From UHGV virus genome UHGV-1600615: a stretch of 16,547 nt of DNA; one strand, 5' to 3'. Source of the stretch: a virus. Below, piece by piece: positions 4,835-13,570 of the stretch. The position numbers and the translations under genes were made by a program. The notes under the pieces are model-generated. The model was not told where the DNA came from. It did not search any database and saw only the letters and a program-made list of their open reading frames with translations. Each line of letters opens with the position of its first letter. Position 1 is the first letter of the stretch.

Positions 4835-7293
4835 CAGATACAGCGTTATCTCCTGAAGAGCAGTTGATCGAGGATATTGCAGGGTTCACTCACGATCCGC
4901 TTGGCTATGCCCTCTATGCGTTCCCGTGGGGGGAAGAGGGGACTGAACTGGCACATGCCACCGGCCCACGTCAGTGGCAGGCTGATGCGTTCCGAGAGAT
5001 ACGTGATCACCTGCAGAATCCAGAGACGCGCTATCAGCCGCTTATGCTGGCACGCGCTTCTGGTCACGGTATTGGTAAATCCGCATTCATCTCAATGCTG
5101 ATCAACTGGGGCATGTCCACTTGCGAGGATTGTAAGGTCGTGGTGACCGCCAACACCGACAACCAGCTACGAACGAAGACCTGGCCGGAAATTATCAAGT
5201 GGTCGAACCTTGCTATCACGAAAGACTGGTTTGCCTGTACCGCTACCGCGATGTACAGCAATGATCCTGGGCACGACAAGCGGTGGCGAGCTGACGCAAT
5301 CCCCTGGTCTGAGCACAACACTGAGGCATTCGCCGGACTACACAACGAGCGCAAACGCATCATCGTGGTATTCGATGAAGCGTCGAACATTGCGGATCTG
5401 GTGTGGGAAGTTGCTGAGGGTGCGCTTACGGACGAAGACACTGAGATTATCTGGGTGGCGTTCGGAAACCCTACTCGTAACACCGGGCGTTTCCGCGAAT
5501 GTTTCCGCAAATATAAACACCGCTGGAAAACTGCGCAGATTGACAGCCGGACGGTGGAAGGCACTAACAAACAGCAGTTGCAGAAATGGGTTGATGACTA
5601 CGGGGAAGATAGCGACTTCGTTAAAATCCGTGTGCGCGGCATATTCCCTGATGCATCTGAATTGCAGTTTATCCCTACCGGTCTTACTGATGAGGCAATG
5701 AAACGGGTGGTAACCGCTGCGCAGGTGGCGCATGCTCCGGTGATAATCGGTGTTGACCCGGCATATTCAGGCGTTGATGACGCGGTGATATACCTGCGGC
5801 AGGGGCTACACAGTAAGGTGCTGTGGACTGGCAACAAGACTACCGACGATCTGATTATGGCGAAGCGTATCGCTGACTTTGAAGACCAGTATCAGGCTGA
5901 CGCAGTGTTCATCGACTTCGGTTACGGAACCGGTTTGAAGTCAATCGGTGATGGCTGGGGACGTACATGGCAACTTGTTCCGTTCGGCGGTGCGTCCACT
6001 GACCCGCAGATGCTCAACAAGCGTGGGGAGATGTTCAACTCATGCAAGACATGGCTGAGGCTGGGCGGGATGCTGGATGACCAGGAAACAGCGGACGACC
6101 TGTCGGCGGCAGAGTATAAAGTTCGAGTGGACGGTAAAATCGTTATCGAACCGAAGGAAGATATCAAGGAGCGGCTTGGGCGTTCTCCTGGTAAAGGCGA
6201 TGCGCTACTGCTGACGTTTGCTTTCCCTGTGTCAAAGCGTCTGCGAATTCCCGGGTACCCGAACATTGACCGCGATACATCGAAGCTGGATAGCAAGAAC
6301 AAGCCATTCAAATCGGTTTATTACGAGGTTGGTGGCGATAACGACAAGTTGTTGCGTGAGTCCGGATTCGATGAGTTTCCAATTATGGCTCCGCGCTGGG
6401 AAGTTAACGGCGAAGATGTTTATGGATCATCATGCCCGGGTATGCTGGCGCTTGGACCTGTTAAGGCATTGCAGCTTCTCCAGAAGCGCAAGTCGCAGTT
6501 GATTGATAAAGCCACCAATCCGCCGATGGTTGCTCCTACTTCCCTCAAGAATCAGCGCGCCTCCCTTCTTCCTGGCGACATCACGTATATCGATCAGATT
6601 ACTGGTCAGGATGGCTTCAGGCCTGCTTATCTGGTTAACCCCAGTACAGCAGATTTGGTGGCAGATATTCAGGACACTCGTCAAATCATTAACAGCGCCT
6701 ACTTTGTCGATCTGTTCATGATGTTGCAGAACATCAATACCCGCTCGATGCCTGTTGAAGCGGTGATCGAAATGAAAGAAGAAAAACTTCTGATGTTGGG
6801 GCCGGTTCTGGAGCGTCTGAACGACGAATGTCTTAATCCTCTCATTGACCGTGCTTTCTCGATGATGGTGCGTAAAAACATGCTGCCTCCACCGCCAGAT
6901 GTGATGGAAGGTATGCCACTGAAGGTCGAATACATTTCCGTCATGGCTCAGGCACGGAAGTCTATCGGCCTGTCCAGTCTGGCGTCTACGGTCAACTTCA
7001 TTGGTCAACTTGCGCAAGCGAAACCAGAAGCTCTCGACAAACTCAACGTTGATCAGGCGATCGATGCATTCGCTGATATGTCCGGAGTGTCTCCAACCGT
7101 CATTGTTCCGCAGGAACAGGTTGAGCATGCTCGCCAGCAACGGGCACAGCAACAACAGCAGCAACAAATGATGGCGATGGGGATGGCGGCGGCACAGGGT
7201 GCCAAGACGCTAAGCGAAGCTAAAACTTCGGATCCGAGTGTTTTGTCTGCTATGGCGAATGCAGTTAGTGGTCAGGGTGGGCAATCACAATGA
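4831..7293 (+). CDS. Anomalous 820-aa fusion ORF: terminase large subunit (residues ~1-472) fused in frame to the C-terminal ~340 aa of a T7-like portal (head-tail connector)
   Basis: The N-terminal part has a Walker A-like P-loop ARASGHGIGKS (~5053-5085), Walker B IIVVFDEASN (~5359-5390), a WVAFGNPT motif, and a nuclease-domain signature VIIGVDPAYSGVDDAVIYL ... SPGKGDALLLTFAF. From residue ~478 the sequence follows the C-terminal two thirds of a podovirus portal, including a Q/M/A/G-rich tail QQRAQQQQQQQMMAMGMAAAQG that resembles the T7 gp8 C-terminus as recalled. The portal N-terminal ~200 residues are absent. The junction codons RIPGYP are encoded by GAATTCCCGGGTACC (6245-6259). Confidence 0.8.
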   Translation: MTDTALSPEEQLIEDIAGFTHDPLGYALYAFPWGEEGTELAHATGPRQWQADAFREIRDHLQNPETRYQPLMLARASGHGIGKSAFISMLINWGMSTCEDCKVVVTANTDNQLRTKTWPEIIKWSNLAITKDWFACTATAMYSNDPGHDKRWRADAIPWSEHNTEAFAGLHNERKRIIVVFDEASNIADLVWEVAEGALTDEDTEIIWVAFGNPTRNTGRFRECFRKYKHRWKTAQIDSRTVEGTNKQQLQKWVDDYGEDSDFVKIRVRGIFPDASELQFIPTGLTDEAMKRVVTAAQVAHAPVIIGVDPAYSGVDDAVIYLRQGLHSKVLWTGNKTTDDLIMAKRIADFEDQYQADAVFIDFGYGTGLKSIGDGWGRTWQLVPFGGASTDPQMLNKRGEMFNSCKTWLRLGGMLDDQETADDLSAAEYKVRVDGKIVIEPKEDIKERLGRSPGKGDALLLTFAFPVSKRLRIPGYPNIDRDTSKLDSKNKPFKSVYYEVGGDNDKLLRESGFDEFPIMAPRWEVNGEDVYGSSCPGMLALGPVKALQLLQKRKSQLIDKATNPPMVAPTSLKNQRASLLPGDITYIDQITGQDGFRPAYLVNPSTADLVADIQDTRQIINSAYFVDLFMMLQNINTRSMPVEAVIEMKEEKLLMLGPVLERLNDECLNPLIDRAFSMMVRKNMLPPPPDVMEGMPLKVEYISVMAQARKSIGLSSLASTVNFIGQLAQAKPEALDKLNVDQAIDAFADMSGVSPTVIVPQEQVEHARQQRAQQQQQQQMMAMGMAAAQGAKTLSEAKTSDPSVLSAMANAVSGQGGQSQ

Positions 7294-7586
7294 CAGATTA
7301 CGAAGACGATCAACTGAAAGAAGAAAACGCCAGTAAGCAACGTGACATGGCACAGCGTGAAATTGATGACATTCGCTTTGTCATGAGCAGTGAACAGGGG
7401 CGTCGCGTTGTCTGGTCTGTGCTGGAGAAAGGCCGGGTGTTTTCCGCTATCTCACCGATGGACGCTATGGCAATGGCATTTAATGAGGGGCAACGCAATC
7501 TGGCGCTGGAACTGTTTCAGCGCGTTATGGCGCATTGCCCTGAACAGTATTTGAAGATGGCCAAAGAGGCCAGTGAACAGGAGTGA
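7290..7586 (+). CDS. Small conserved head-module protein (possibly Bbp19-like)
   Basis: 98-aa ORF whose ATGA start overlaps the previous stop. It sits between portal and scaffold, as the small gene does in BPP-1-like modules; the family assignment is from memory only. Confidence 0.55.
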   Translation: MTDYEDDQLKEENASKQRDMAQREIDDIRFVMSSEQGRRVVWSVLEKGRVFSAISPMDAMAMAFNEGQRNLALELFQRVMAHCPEQYLKMAKEASEQE

Positions 7587-8284
7587 TCATGAATTTATTT
7601 GAGCGTTTGCTGTATCGCCGTCTTTGCAATGAGCAACCAGTCGATGGTGGAGCAGCTCCGGCTGCGTCAGAACCGTCAGCGCCTGCAGGTGATACCCCTG
7701 CTCCAGTTGGTGATCCATCACAACAGGAAGGTGATAAGCCACAACCTGTTGCTGATGGCGATAAACCTGCTGATGACAAAAAGCCTGAAAACGATAAGCA
7801 GGATGAAAAAAAGGGCGGCGATAAACCAGAGGGTGCGCCTGAGAAGTACGAGTTTCAGGCTGCCGAAGGCGTAGATCTGGATACAGAAGCGTTGAAGGAA
7901 TTCGAGCCGGTGGCGCGAGAACTTAACCTGACCAACGAGCAAGCGCAAAAGCTGGTTGATGCTTATCCGAAGATTCTGGCAGGTGTTCAGCAGCGCCAGG
8001 CAGAAGCCTGGCAGAAAACAACCGAGCAGTGGGCTGCGGATGTAAAAGCTGACAAAGAAATCGGTGGCGACAAGTTGATTTCTAACCTTAGCGTCGCACA
8101 GCGTGCGCTTGACCAGTTCGGGACACCTGAACTCAAAGAATATCTGAACACCACCGGGCTGGGTAATCACCCTGATCTGGTCAAAACGTTCGTGAAAATC
8201 GGAAAGGCGATGTCTGAAGATGGCATGGTCACCGGTGGTAATGAAGGCCAGCGTAGTGCGGCCGAAGTGCTCTATGGCAAATAA
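7583..8284 (+). CDS. Putative scaffolding protein
   Basis: 233-aa ORF immediately upstream of the capsid gene, with its start coupled to the previous stop. It has a long acidic, Pro/Ala/Lys-rich low-complexity N-terminal region followed by a helical C-terminal part ending SAAEVLYGK. Confidence 0.55.
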   Translation: MIMNLFERLLYRRLCNEQPVDGGAAPAASEPSAPAGDTPAPVGDPSQQEGDKPQPVADGDKPADDKKPENDKQDEKKGGDKPEGAPEKYEFQAAEGVDLDTEALKEFEPVARELNLTNEQAQKLVDAYPKILAGVQQRQAEAWQKTTEQWAADVKADKEIGGDKLISNLSVAQRALDQFGTPELKEYLNTTGLGNHPDLVKTFVKIGKAMSEDGMVTGGNEGQRSAAEVLYGK

Positions 8285-8292
8285 GAGAGGAA

Positions 8293-9285
8293 ATGACAAT
8301 GGCTGTTAAAGGCTTAACTGCGCTAACGCTGGCTGACTGGGGTAAGCGCGTCGATCCAAACGGGAAAGTCGATAAGATTATCGAGCTTCTCGGTCAAACT
8401 AACCCGATCCTTCAGGATATGCCTTTTGTCGAAGGGAACCTTCCTACCGGACACCGAACCACCATTCGTTCTGGTTTACCTTCAGCTACCTGGCGTTTGC
8501 TGAACTATGGCGTACAGCCAAGCAAATCAACCACAGTGCAGGTAACCGATTCCGTTGGCATGCTGGAAACCTATGCTGAAGTCGATAAGTCACTGGCTGA
8601 TCTGAACGGCAACACCGCCGAATTCCGCCTGTCTGAAGACCGCGCATTTATTGAAGCGATGAATCAGCAGATGGCGCAGACGCTGTTTTATGGTGATTCC
8701 AGCGTTAACCCTCAGCAGTTTATGGGACTGTCCTCCCGCTATTCCAGCCTGTCTGCGGGTAATGCTCAGAACATCATTGATGCTGGTGGCACGGGTACAG
8801 ATAACACCTCAATCTGGTTAGTGGTGTGGGGCGAAAACACCGTGCATGGCATCTTCCCGAAAGGGCAGAAGGCTGGCATCCAGATGGAAGATAAAGGCCA
8901 GGTGACACTGGAAGATGCTAATGGCGGCAAGTACGAAGGCTATCGCACCCATTACAAATGGGATAACGGACTTGCTCTGCGTGACTGGCGTTATGTTGTT
9001 CGCATTGCAAACATCGATGTCAGCAATCTTTCAGAACCTTCCTCTGCCGCAAATATTGCGAAGTTGATGGTTAAAGCACTGCATCGAATTCCAAACCGTG
9101 GCATGGGTCGCCCGGTGTTCTACATGAACCGCACTGTAGGCCAGGCTCTTGATCTGCAATCTCTGGAGAAAACATCTCTGGCGATCAGCGTAAAAGAGAC
9201 AGAAGGCGAGTGGTGGACGTCATTCCGTGGTGTACCAATCCGTGAAACTGATGCGCTTCTGGAAACAGAAGCCCGCGTGGTGTAA
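8293..9285 (+). CDS. Major capsid protein (putative)
   Basis: 330-aa ORF with ribosome-binding site GAGAGGAAA upstream. Size and position (after the scaffold, before decoration and tail genes) fit a major capsid protein. It is followed by a stem-loop and an internal terminator. Confidence 0.7.
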   Translation: MTMAVKGLTALTLADWGKRVDPNGKVDKIIELLGQTNPILQDMPFVEGNLPTGHRTTIRSGLPSATWRLLNYGVQPSKSTTVQVTDSVGMLETYAEVDKSLADLNGNTAEFRLSEDRAFIEAMNQQMAQTLFYGDSSVNPQQFMGLSSRYSSLSAGNAQNIIDAGGTGTDNTSIWLVVWGENTVHGIFPKGQKAGIQMEDKGQVTLEDANGGKYEGYRTHYKWDNGLALRDWRYVVRIANIDVSNLSEPSSAANIAKLMVKALHRIPNRGMGRPVFYMNRTVGQALDLQSLEKTSLAISVKETEGEWWTSFRGVPIRETDALLETEARVV

Positions 9286-9301
9286 CGCCTGTTATTAACC
9301 T

Positions 9302-9321
9302 GTGGGTCGTAACAGACCCAC
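9302..9321 (+). other. Stem-loop immediately downstream of the capsid gene, with no T-tract
   Basis: Perfect 7-bp stem GTGGGTC (9302-9308) and GACCCAC (9315-9321) around loop GTAACA. It lies between the capsid stop (9285) and the ribosome-binding site of the next gene. Confidence 0.45.
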
Positions 9322-9336
9322 TAATGGAGAAAGAAG

Positions 9337-9774
9337 ATGATCACCGACAAACTGTTGATGTTCTCCGAAGCTCAGGCGGTTACGAATACCGCGGCTTCTA
9401 CTGACGTAATCGATCTCGGTCCAATTGACGGAAAACGTCGTGATATCGGCGTGGGTTACCCGCTTGAGTTTTGGGCGCTGGTTAACACAGCCGCCGCAGC
9501 AAGCGGTGATGCAACTGTAAACATCCAGTTGCAGACGAGTGAGGATAACAGCTCATGGACCACTATTTATGATAGTGGTGCACTGGCAAAGACCGCCCTG
9601 ACAGCAGGTAAACGAGTTGTTTCTGCAAAGGTGCCTGCCGGTGTTCAGCGATATCTGCGTGTTAACTACTCCGTCGCAACTGGCCCGCTAACGGCTGGCG
9701 AATTCACTGCTGGTATCAGTCTTGATGTTGATGCCAATACGCCGTATCCGATCCGCTCAAAAGTAACTGGTTAA
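9337..9774 (+). CDS. Putative capsid decoration/cement protein (possibly Bbp16-like)
   Basis: 145-aa ORF directly after the major capsid gene with ribosome-binding site GGAGAAAG. Predicted beta-rich and Ala/Thr/Gly-rich. The assignment is by synteny and family memory only. Confidence 0.4.
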   Translation: MITDKLLMFSEAQAVTNTAASTDVIDLGPIDGKRRDIGVGYPLEFWALVNTAAAASGDATVNIQLQTSEDNSSWTTIYDSGALAKTALTAGKRVVSAKVPAGVQRYLRVNYSVATGPLTAGEFTAGISLDVDANTPYPIRSKVTG

Positions 9775-9775
9775 G

Positions 9776-10120
9776 GTGATATCGATGTCAGGTGAGAAAC
9801 CAAGATACCGCGTTCTGCGCCTCTCTCATATCCATAACACACTGTGGCCGGAGGGGGCAGAAATCGAATACGAAGGTGAGCCTGGTAGCGCACTGGAACC
9901 TGTTAACGATGCAGCCAGACAGGCAAAAGCAAAAGTTGCAGGAAAGGTGTCAATGGCAGCAACCAGCACCAAAATCATCAACGATGTGTCAGATGATGGT
10001 GAACTGGATAAGCTCCGTGAAGAGTACGAATTGCTCTTTAACGAGAAGCCACACCATAACGCCAAAGCTGAAACGCTCCGCGAGAAGATCGCAGATAAGC
10101 GTAAAGAACTGGGCGTGTAA
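9776..10120 (+). CDS. Hypothetical virion-module protein
   Basis: 114-aa ORF. The likely true start is the ATG at 9785, with AAGGTG 6 nt upstream. The C-terminal half is charged and helical. It is followed by a strong terminator hairpin. Confidence 0.6.
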   Translation: MISMSGEKPRYRVLRLSHIHNTLWPEGAEIEYEGEPGSALEPVNDAARQAKAKVAGKVSMAATSTKIINDVSDDGELDKLREEYELLFNEKPHHNAKAETLREKIADKRKELGV

Positions 10121-10136
10121 GCCTCGCGGATCAGAC

Positions 10137-10158
10137 AAGGGGCTTCGGCCCCTTTATT
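10137..10158 (+). terminator. Intrinsic terminator or attenuator between head and tail gene blocks
   Basis: 7-bp stem AAGGGGC (10137-10143) and GCCCCTT (10148-10154) closing a TTCG tetraloop, followed by TTTATT. Confidence 0.7.
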
Positions 10159-10164
10159 GCAGGA

Positions 10165-10494
10165 GTGTATATGGAACTCGTAAACCTCAAAACCGGCACT
10201 GACAGCTACCAGGATGAGAGCGGAGAAACCAGAACTCGCGATGAATACCCGTGGGGGCTGTGCATCACTCTTAATAACGACACATTGAATAAGCTGAAGG
10301 CGCAACCTCAGGGCGTCGGAACAGAAGTGATGATAACTGCAAAGGCTGTTATTCGAGGCCTGTCTGCCAGAGAAACTGACGATGGTGTTAATCGCAGCGC
10401 CGATCTGCAGATCACTGATATGGCGATCGCTCCTGTTTCCGGGGATGTAGAAAAATCAGCGGCTGAAACCCTGTACGGCAATGGGGGTGAGTAA
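10165..10494 (+). CDS. Hypothetical virion protein whose C-terminus matches the scaffold C-terminus
   Basis: 109-aa track ORF. The likely start is the ATG at 10171, with AGGAG 5 nt upstream. Its C-terminus KSAAETLYGNGGE resembles the scaffold C-terminus RSAAEVLYGK. Confidence 0.6.
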   Translation: MYMELVNLKTGTDSYQDESGETRTRDEYPWGLCITLNNDTLNKLKAQPQGVGTEVMITAKAVIRGLSARETDDGVNRSADLQITDMAIAPVSGDVEKSAAETLYGNGGE

Positions 10495-11099
10495 TGGCCT
10501 CTGTAGTAGAGATCTGCAATCGTGCGCTGTCCAATATTGGCAACAGCCGCAGCATTAACAGCCTGACGGAAGCCAGCAAGGAAGCGGGGGAATGTTCGCT
10601 GCACTTTGAGGCCTGCCGTGATGCTGTGCTTTCTGATTTTGACTGGAACTTTGCTACCAAACGCGTGGCGCTTGCAAATACGAGCAATCCACCGCCTGAC
10701 TGGGAATATGCGTATCAGTACCCGTCCGATTGTCTGCGCATTACTGAAATTATGCTTCCTGGTGTACGCAATCCAACAGCAGCAATGCGCGTTCAGTACG
10801 AAGTTGGTGCAGACACCAACGGAACAGGAAAGTTGATCTACACAGACCAGCCGCAGGCATGGCTCAAGTATGTCTCTCGCGTTTCAGATGTGAACATGTT
10901 TGATGCCATTTTTATGGAGGCGTTGGCCTGGCGTCTTGCGGCAGCTATTAACATGGCGCTGACTGGGAATGCAGACCTCGGTACGTTTTCCCTCAATATG
11001 TACAATCGCGTGATTCTTAGTGCTGGCTCGCATAGCCAGAATGAATCACAGGAACCACAGCCACCGGTTGACGAGTTTACCATTGCGAGGTTGTCCTGA
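10494..11099 (+). CDS. Tail tubular protein A (T7 gp11-like adaptor/gatekeeper), putative
   Basis: 201-aa ORF with a TAATG start/stop overlap. The N-terminus ASVVEICNRALSNIGNSRSINSLTE...DFDWNF parallels T7 gp11 ([24 protein letters not shown]...RGWTFN) as recalled, and the size matches gp11 (196 aa). Confidence 0.6.
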   Translation: MASVVEICNRALSNIGNSRSINSLTEASKEAGECSLHFEACRDAVLSDFDWNFATKRVALANTSNPPPDWEYAYQYPSDCLRITEIMLPGVRNPTAAMRVQYEVGADTNGTGKLIYTDQPQAWLKYVSRVSDVNMFDAIFMEALAWRLAAAINMALTGNADLGTFSLNMYNRVILSAGSHSQNESQEPQPPVDEFTIARLS

Positions 11100-13570
11100 T
11101 GGCTATCAGTTGGATCCAGCCCAGTTTTGCCGGTGGTGAGATTGGACCGTCGTTGTACGGTCGTATCGACATGGCGAAGTACCAGGTGGCATTGCGCAAG
11201 TGCGATAACTTTATCGTGCGGCAGTATGGCGGCGTTGAGAATCGACCTGGTACGCGTTTTGTCGGTGCCGCCAAATACCCAAATCGGAAATGCCGCCTGA
11301 TCCCGTTCCAGTTCTCGACGGTTCAGACTTATGCTCTGGAGTTCGGACACCAGTACATGCGCGTTATCAAAGATGGTGCGTTGGTGCTGAACAGCAGCAA
11401 TGTTATTTATGAAATTGCCACGCCATATACTGAAGCCGATCTGTTCCGAATTAAATTCACGCAAAGCGCAGACGTGCTTACGCTGGTTCATCCGGCATAC
11501 CCGCCGAAAGAGTTGCGCCGCTATGCGCATGACAACTGGCAACTGGTTGATGTGGTAACGAAGAACGGGCCATTTGAAGATATCAATATTGACGAGTCAG
11601 TGACGGTTTATGCCAGCGCCAGCACCGGGACAATTACGTTAACGGCAAGCGCCTCTATTTTTGGCGCGGAGCAGGTAGGCAAATTGTTCTATCTGGAACA
11701 GCCTGCAGTGGATTCTGTGCCGGTATGGGAAACCAGTAAGAGTACGTCGATTGGCGATATTCGCCGTGCAGACAGTAACTACTATCGCGCCGTTACAGCA
11801 GGCAAAACAGGCACTTTGCGCCCTTCGCATACAGAAGGCACATCATGGGATGGCTGGGGCGGATCCGGTGATGATGATACCGGCATTGAGTGGGAGTATC
11901 TGCACAGTGGTTTTGGCATTGCCCGTATCTCTGCTGCAAATGGAACTACTGCAACTGCCGAGGTGATTTCCTATATCCCTTCGCAGGTAGTTGGCGAGGA
12001 TAATGCCAGCTATAAATGGGCTAAATATGCCTGGAACAGTATTAACGGTTATCCTGGCACTGTTGTTTATTATCAACAACGTCTTTACTTCGCCGCATCG
12101 ACTGCGTTCCCTCAGACTATCTGGGCCAGCCGTACTGGGGATTATAAGGATTTTGGCAAAAGCAATCCTACGCAGGATGACGACAGAATTATCTACACCT
12201 ATGCCGGGCGTCAGGTTAATGAGATCCGCCACCTGATTGATGTTGGTTCGCTGGTGGCGCTGACTTCTGGAGGTGAGTACGTCATCACCGGCGACCAGAA
12301 CAAAGTATTAACCCCATCATCATTTGCATTCAGCTCTCAGGGATCAAATGGCTCGAGCAATGTCCCACCAATTGCCGTGGCGAATATTGCTCTGTTCGTC
12401 CAGGAGAAAGGCAGTGTTGTCCGTGATCTGGCCTACTCATTCGATGTTGACGGCTATCAGGGGAACGACCTGACCATCCTTGCCAATCATCTTTTTCAGA
12501 AGCACAGCATTGTTGACTGGTGCTTCTCTATTGTCCCTTACTCCAGCGCCTTCTGCATTCGTGATGACGGTAAATTACTGGTGATGACCTATTTGCGTGA
12601 TCAGCAGGTTTTTGCATGGGCACCACAATCCAGTACCGGAAAATATGAAAGCACATGCAGTATCAGCGAAGGCAATGAAGATGCGGTGTATTTCGTCGTT
12701 AACCGAACCGTTAACGGGCAAACAGTGAGATACATCGAGCGGCTGTCCAGCCGTTTATTTACCAGCGATGAAGATGCTTTCTTTGTTGATTCTGGCCTTA
12801 GCTATGATGGAAGAAATACGTCTGACAGAACGATGACCATCACTGGTGGTTCTGGCGAATGGGATTATCGCGCGGAATATACAATCAGTGTTTCTGGTGG
12901 TGCGTACTTCACCAGTAGTGATGTCGGCGCGCAACTACAGTTCCCTTATGCCGGAACTGATCCTGATACTGGCGATGAAGTGTCAAAAGAATTACGTTGC
13001 GACATTATTTCTGTAACCAGCAATACCGCTGTAGTGGTTCGTGCCAACAGGAACGTCCCGCCATCCCTCAGGAATGCGGCCACCACGAACTGGCAGATGG
13101 CGCGCCGGACATTTGGAGGCCTGTCTCATCTTGAAGGCCAGACCGTAAACATTCTCTCTGATGCGAACGTGGAACCACAGAAAGTGGTTTCCGGAGGTGC
13201 CGTCACACTGGAATCTCCGGGGGCTGTAGTGCACATCGGCCTGCCAATAACTGCTGAATTCGAAACACTGGATATCAACATTAACGGACAGGAAACGCTG
13301 CTGGACAAAAAACAGGTGATACCCTCCGTTACTCTGGTTGTGAATGCCAGTCGCGGCATCTGGGCGACTACGCCCGGCGGTAAATGGTACGAATATCCAC
13401 AGCGTGAATTCGAGTTCTACGATGATCCTGTTGATGATGCTACCGGAAAAGTAGAAGTGAAACTGGACAGTAACTGGGGCAAAAACGGACGTGTAAAAAT
13501 CCGTCAGCTTGACCCGTTGCCGCTGTCTGTTCTTGCCGTTATTCCTCGCCTTACTGTTGGGGGATTCTGA
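11099..13570 (+). CDS. Tail tubular protein B (T7 gp12-like nozzle), putative
   Basis: 823-aa ORF with a TGATG overlap. The size is close to T7 gp12 (794 aa), the N-terminus MAISWIQPSFAGGEIGPSLYGRID parallels the gp12 N-terminus as recalled, and it directly follows the gp11-like gene. Confidence 0.6.
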   Translation: MAISWIQPSFAGGEIGPSLYGRIDMAKYQVALRKCDNFIVRQYGGVENRPGTRFVGAAKYPNRKCRLIPFQFSTVQTYALEFGHQYMRVIKDGALVLNSSNVIYEIATPYTEADLFRIKFTQSADVLTLVHPAYPPKELRRYAHDNWQLVDVVTKNGPFEDINIDESVTVYASASTGTITLTASASIFGAEQVGKLFYLEQPAVDSVPVWETSKSTSIGDIRRADSNYYRAVTAGKTGTLRPSHTEGTSWDGWGGSGDDDTGIEWEYLHSGFGIARISAANGTTATAEVISYIPSQVVGEDNASYKWAKYAWNSINGYPGTVVYYQQRLYFAASTAFPQTIWASRTGDYKDFGKSNPTQDDDRIIYTYAGRQVNEIRHLIDVGSLVALTSGGEYVITGDQNKVLTPSSFAFSSQGSNGSSNVPPIAVANIALFVQEKGSVVRDLAYSFDVDGYQGNDLTILANHLFQKHSIVDWCFSIVPYSSAFCIRDDGKLLVMTYLRDQQVFAWAPQSSTGKYESTCSISEGNEDAVYFVVNRTVNGQTVRYIERLSSRLFTSDEDAFFVDSGLSYDGRNTSDRTMTITGGSGEWDYRAEYTISVSGGAYFTSSDVGAQLQFPYAGTDPDTGDEVSKELRCDIISVTSNTAVVVRANRNVPPSLRNAATTNWQMARRTFGGLSHLEGQTVNILSDANVEPQKVVSGGAVTLESPGAVVHIGLPITAEFETLDININGQETLLDKKQVIPSVTLVVNASRGIWATTPGGKWYEYPQREFEFYDDPVDDATGKVEVKLDSNWGKNGRVKIRQLDPLPLSVLAVIPRLTVGGF

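Noticed and set aside
7133-7170. CAG/CAA run encoding polyglutamine near the C-terminus of the portal-like region
   Set aside because: This is the coding sequence for the Q/M/A-rich C-terminal tail typical of podovirus portals. There is no evidence that it is a slippage or phase-variation tract.
7640-7840. Repetitive DNA within the scaffold gene (GGCGATAAACC twice, at 7757-7767 and 7817-7827)
   Set aside because: These are coding repeats of a low-complexity acidic, proline-rich region (GDKP motifs), not a CRISPR array or mobile-element repeat. They are in frame and irregularly spaced.
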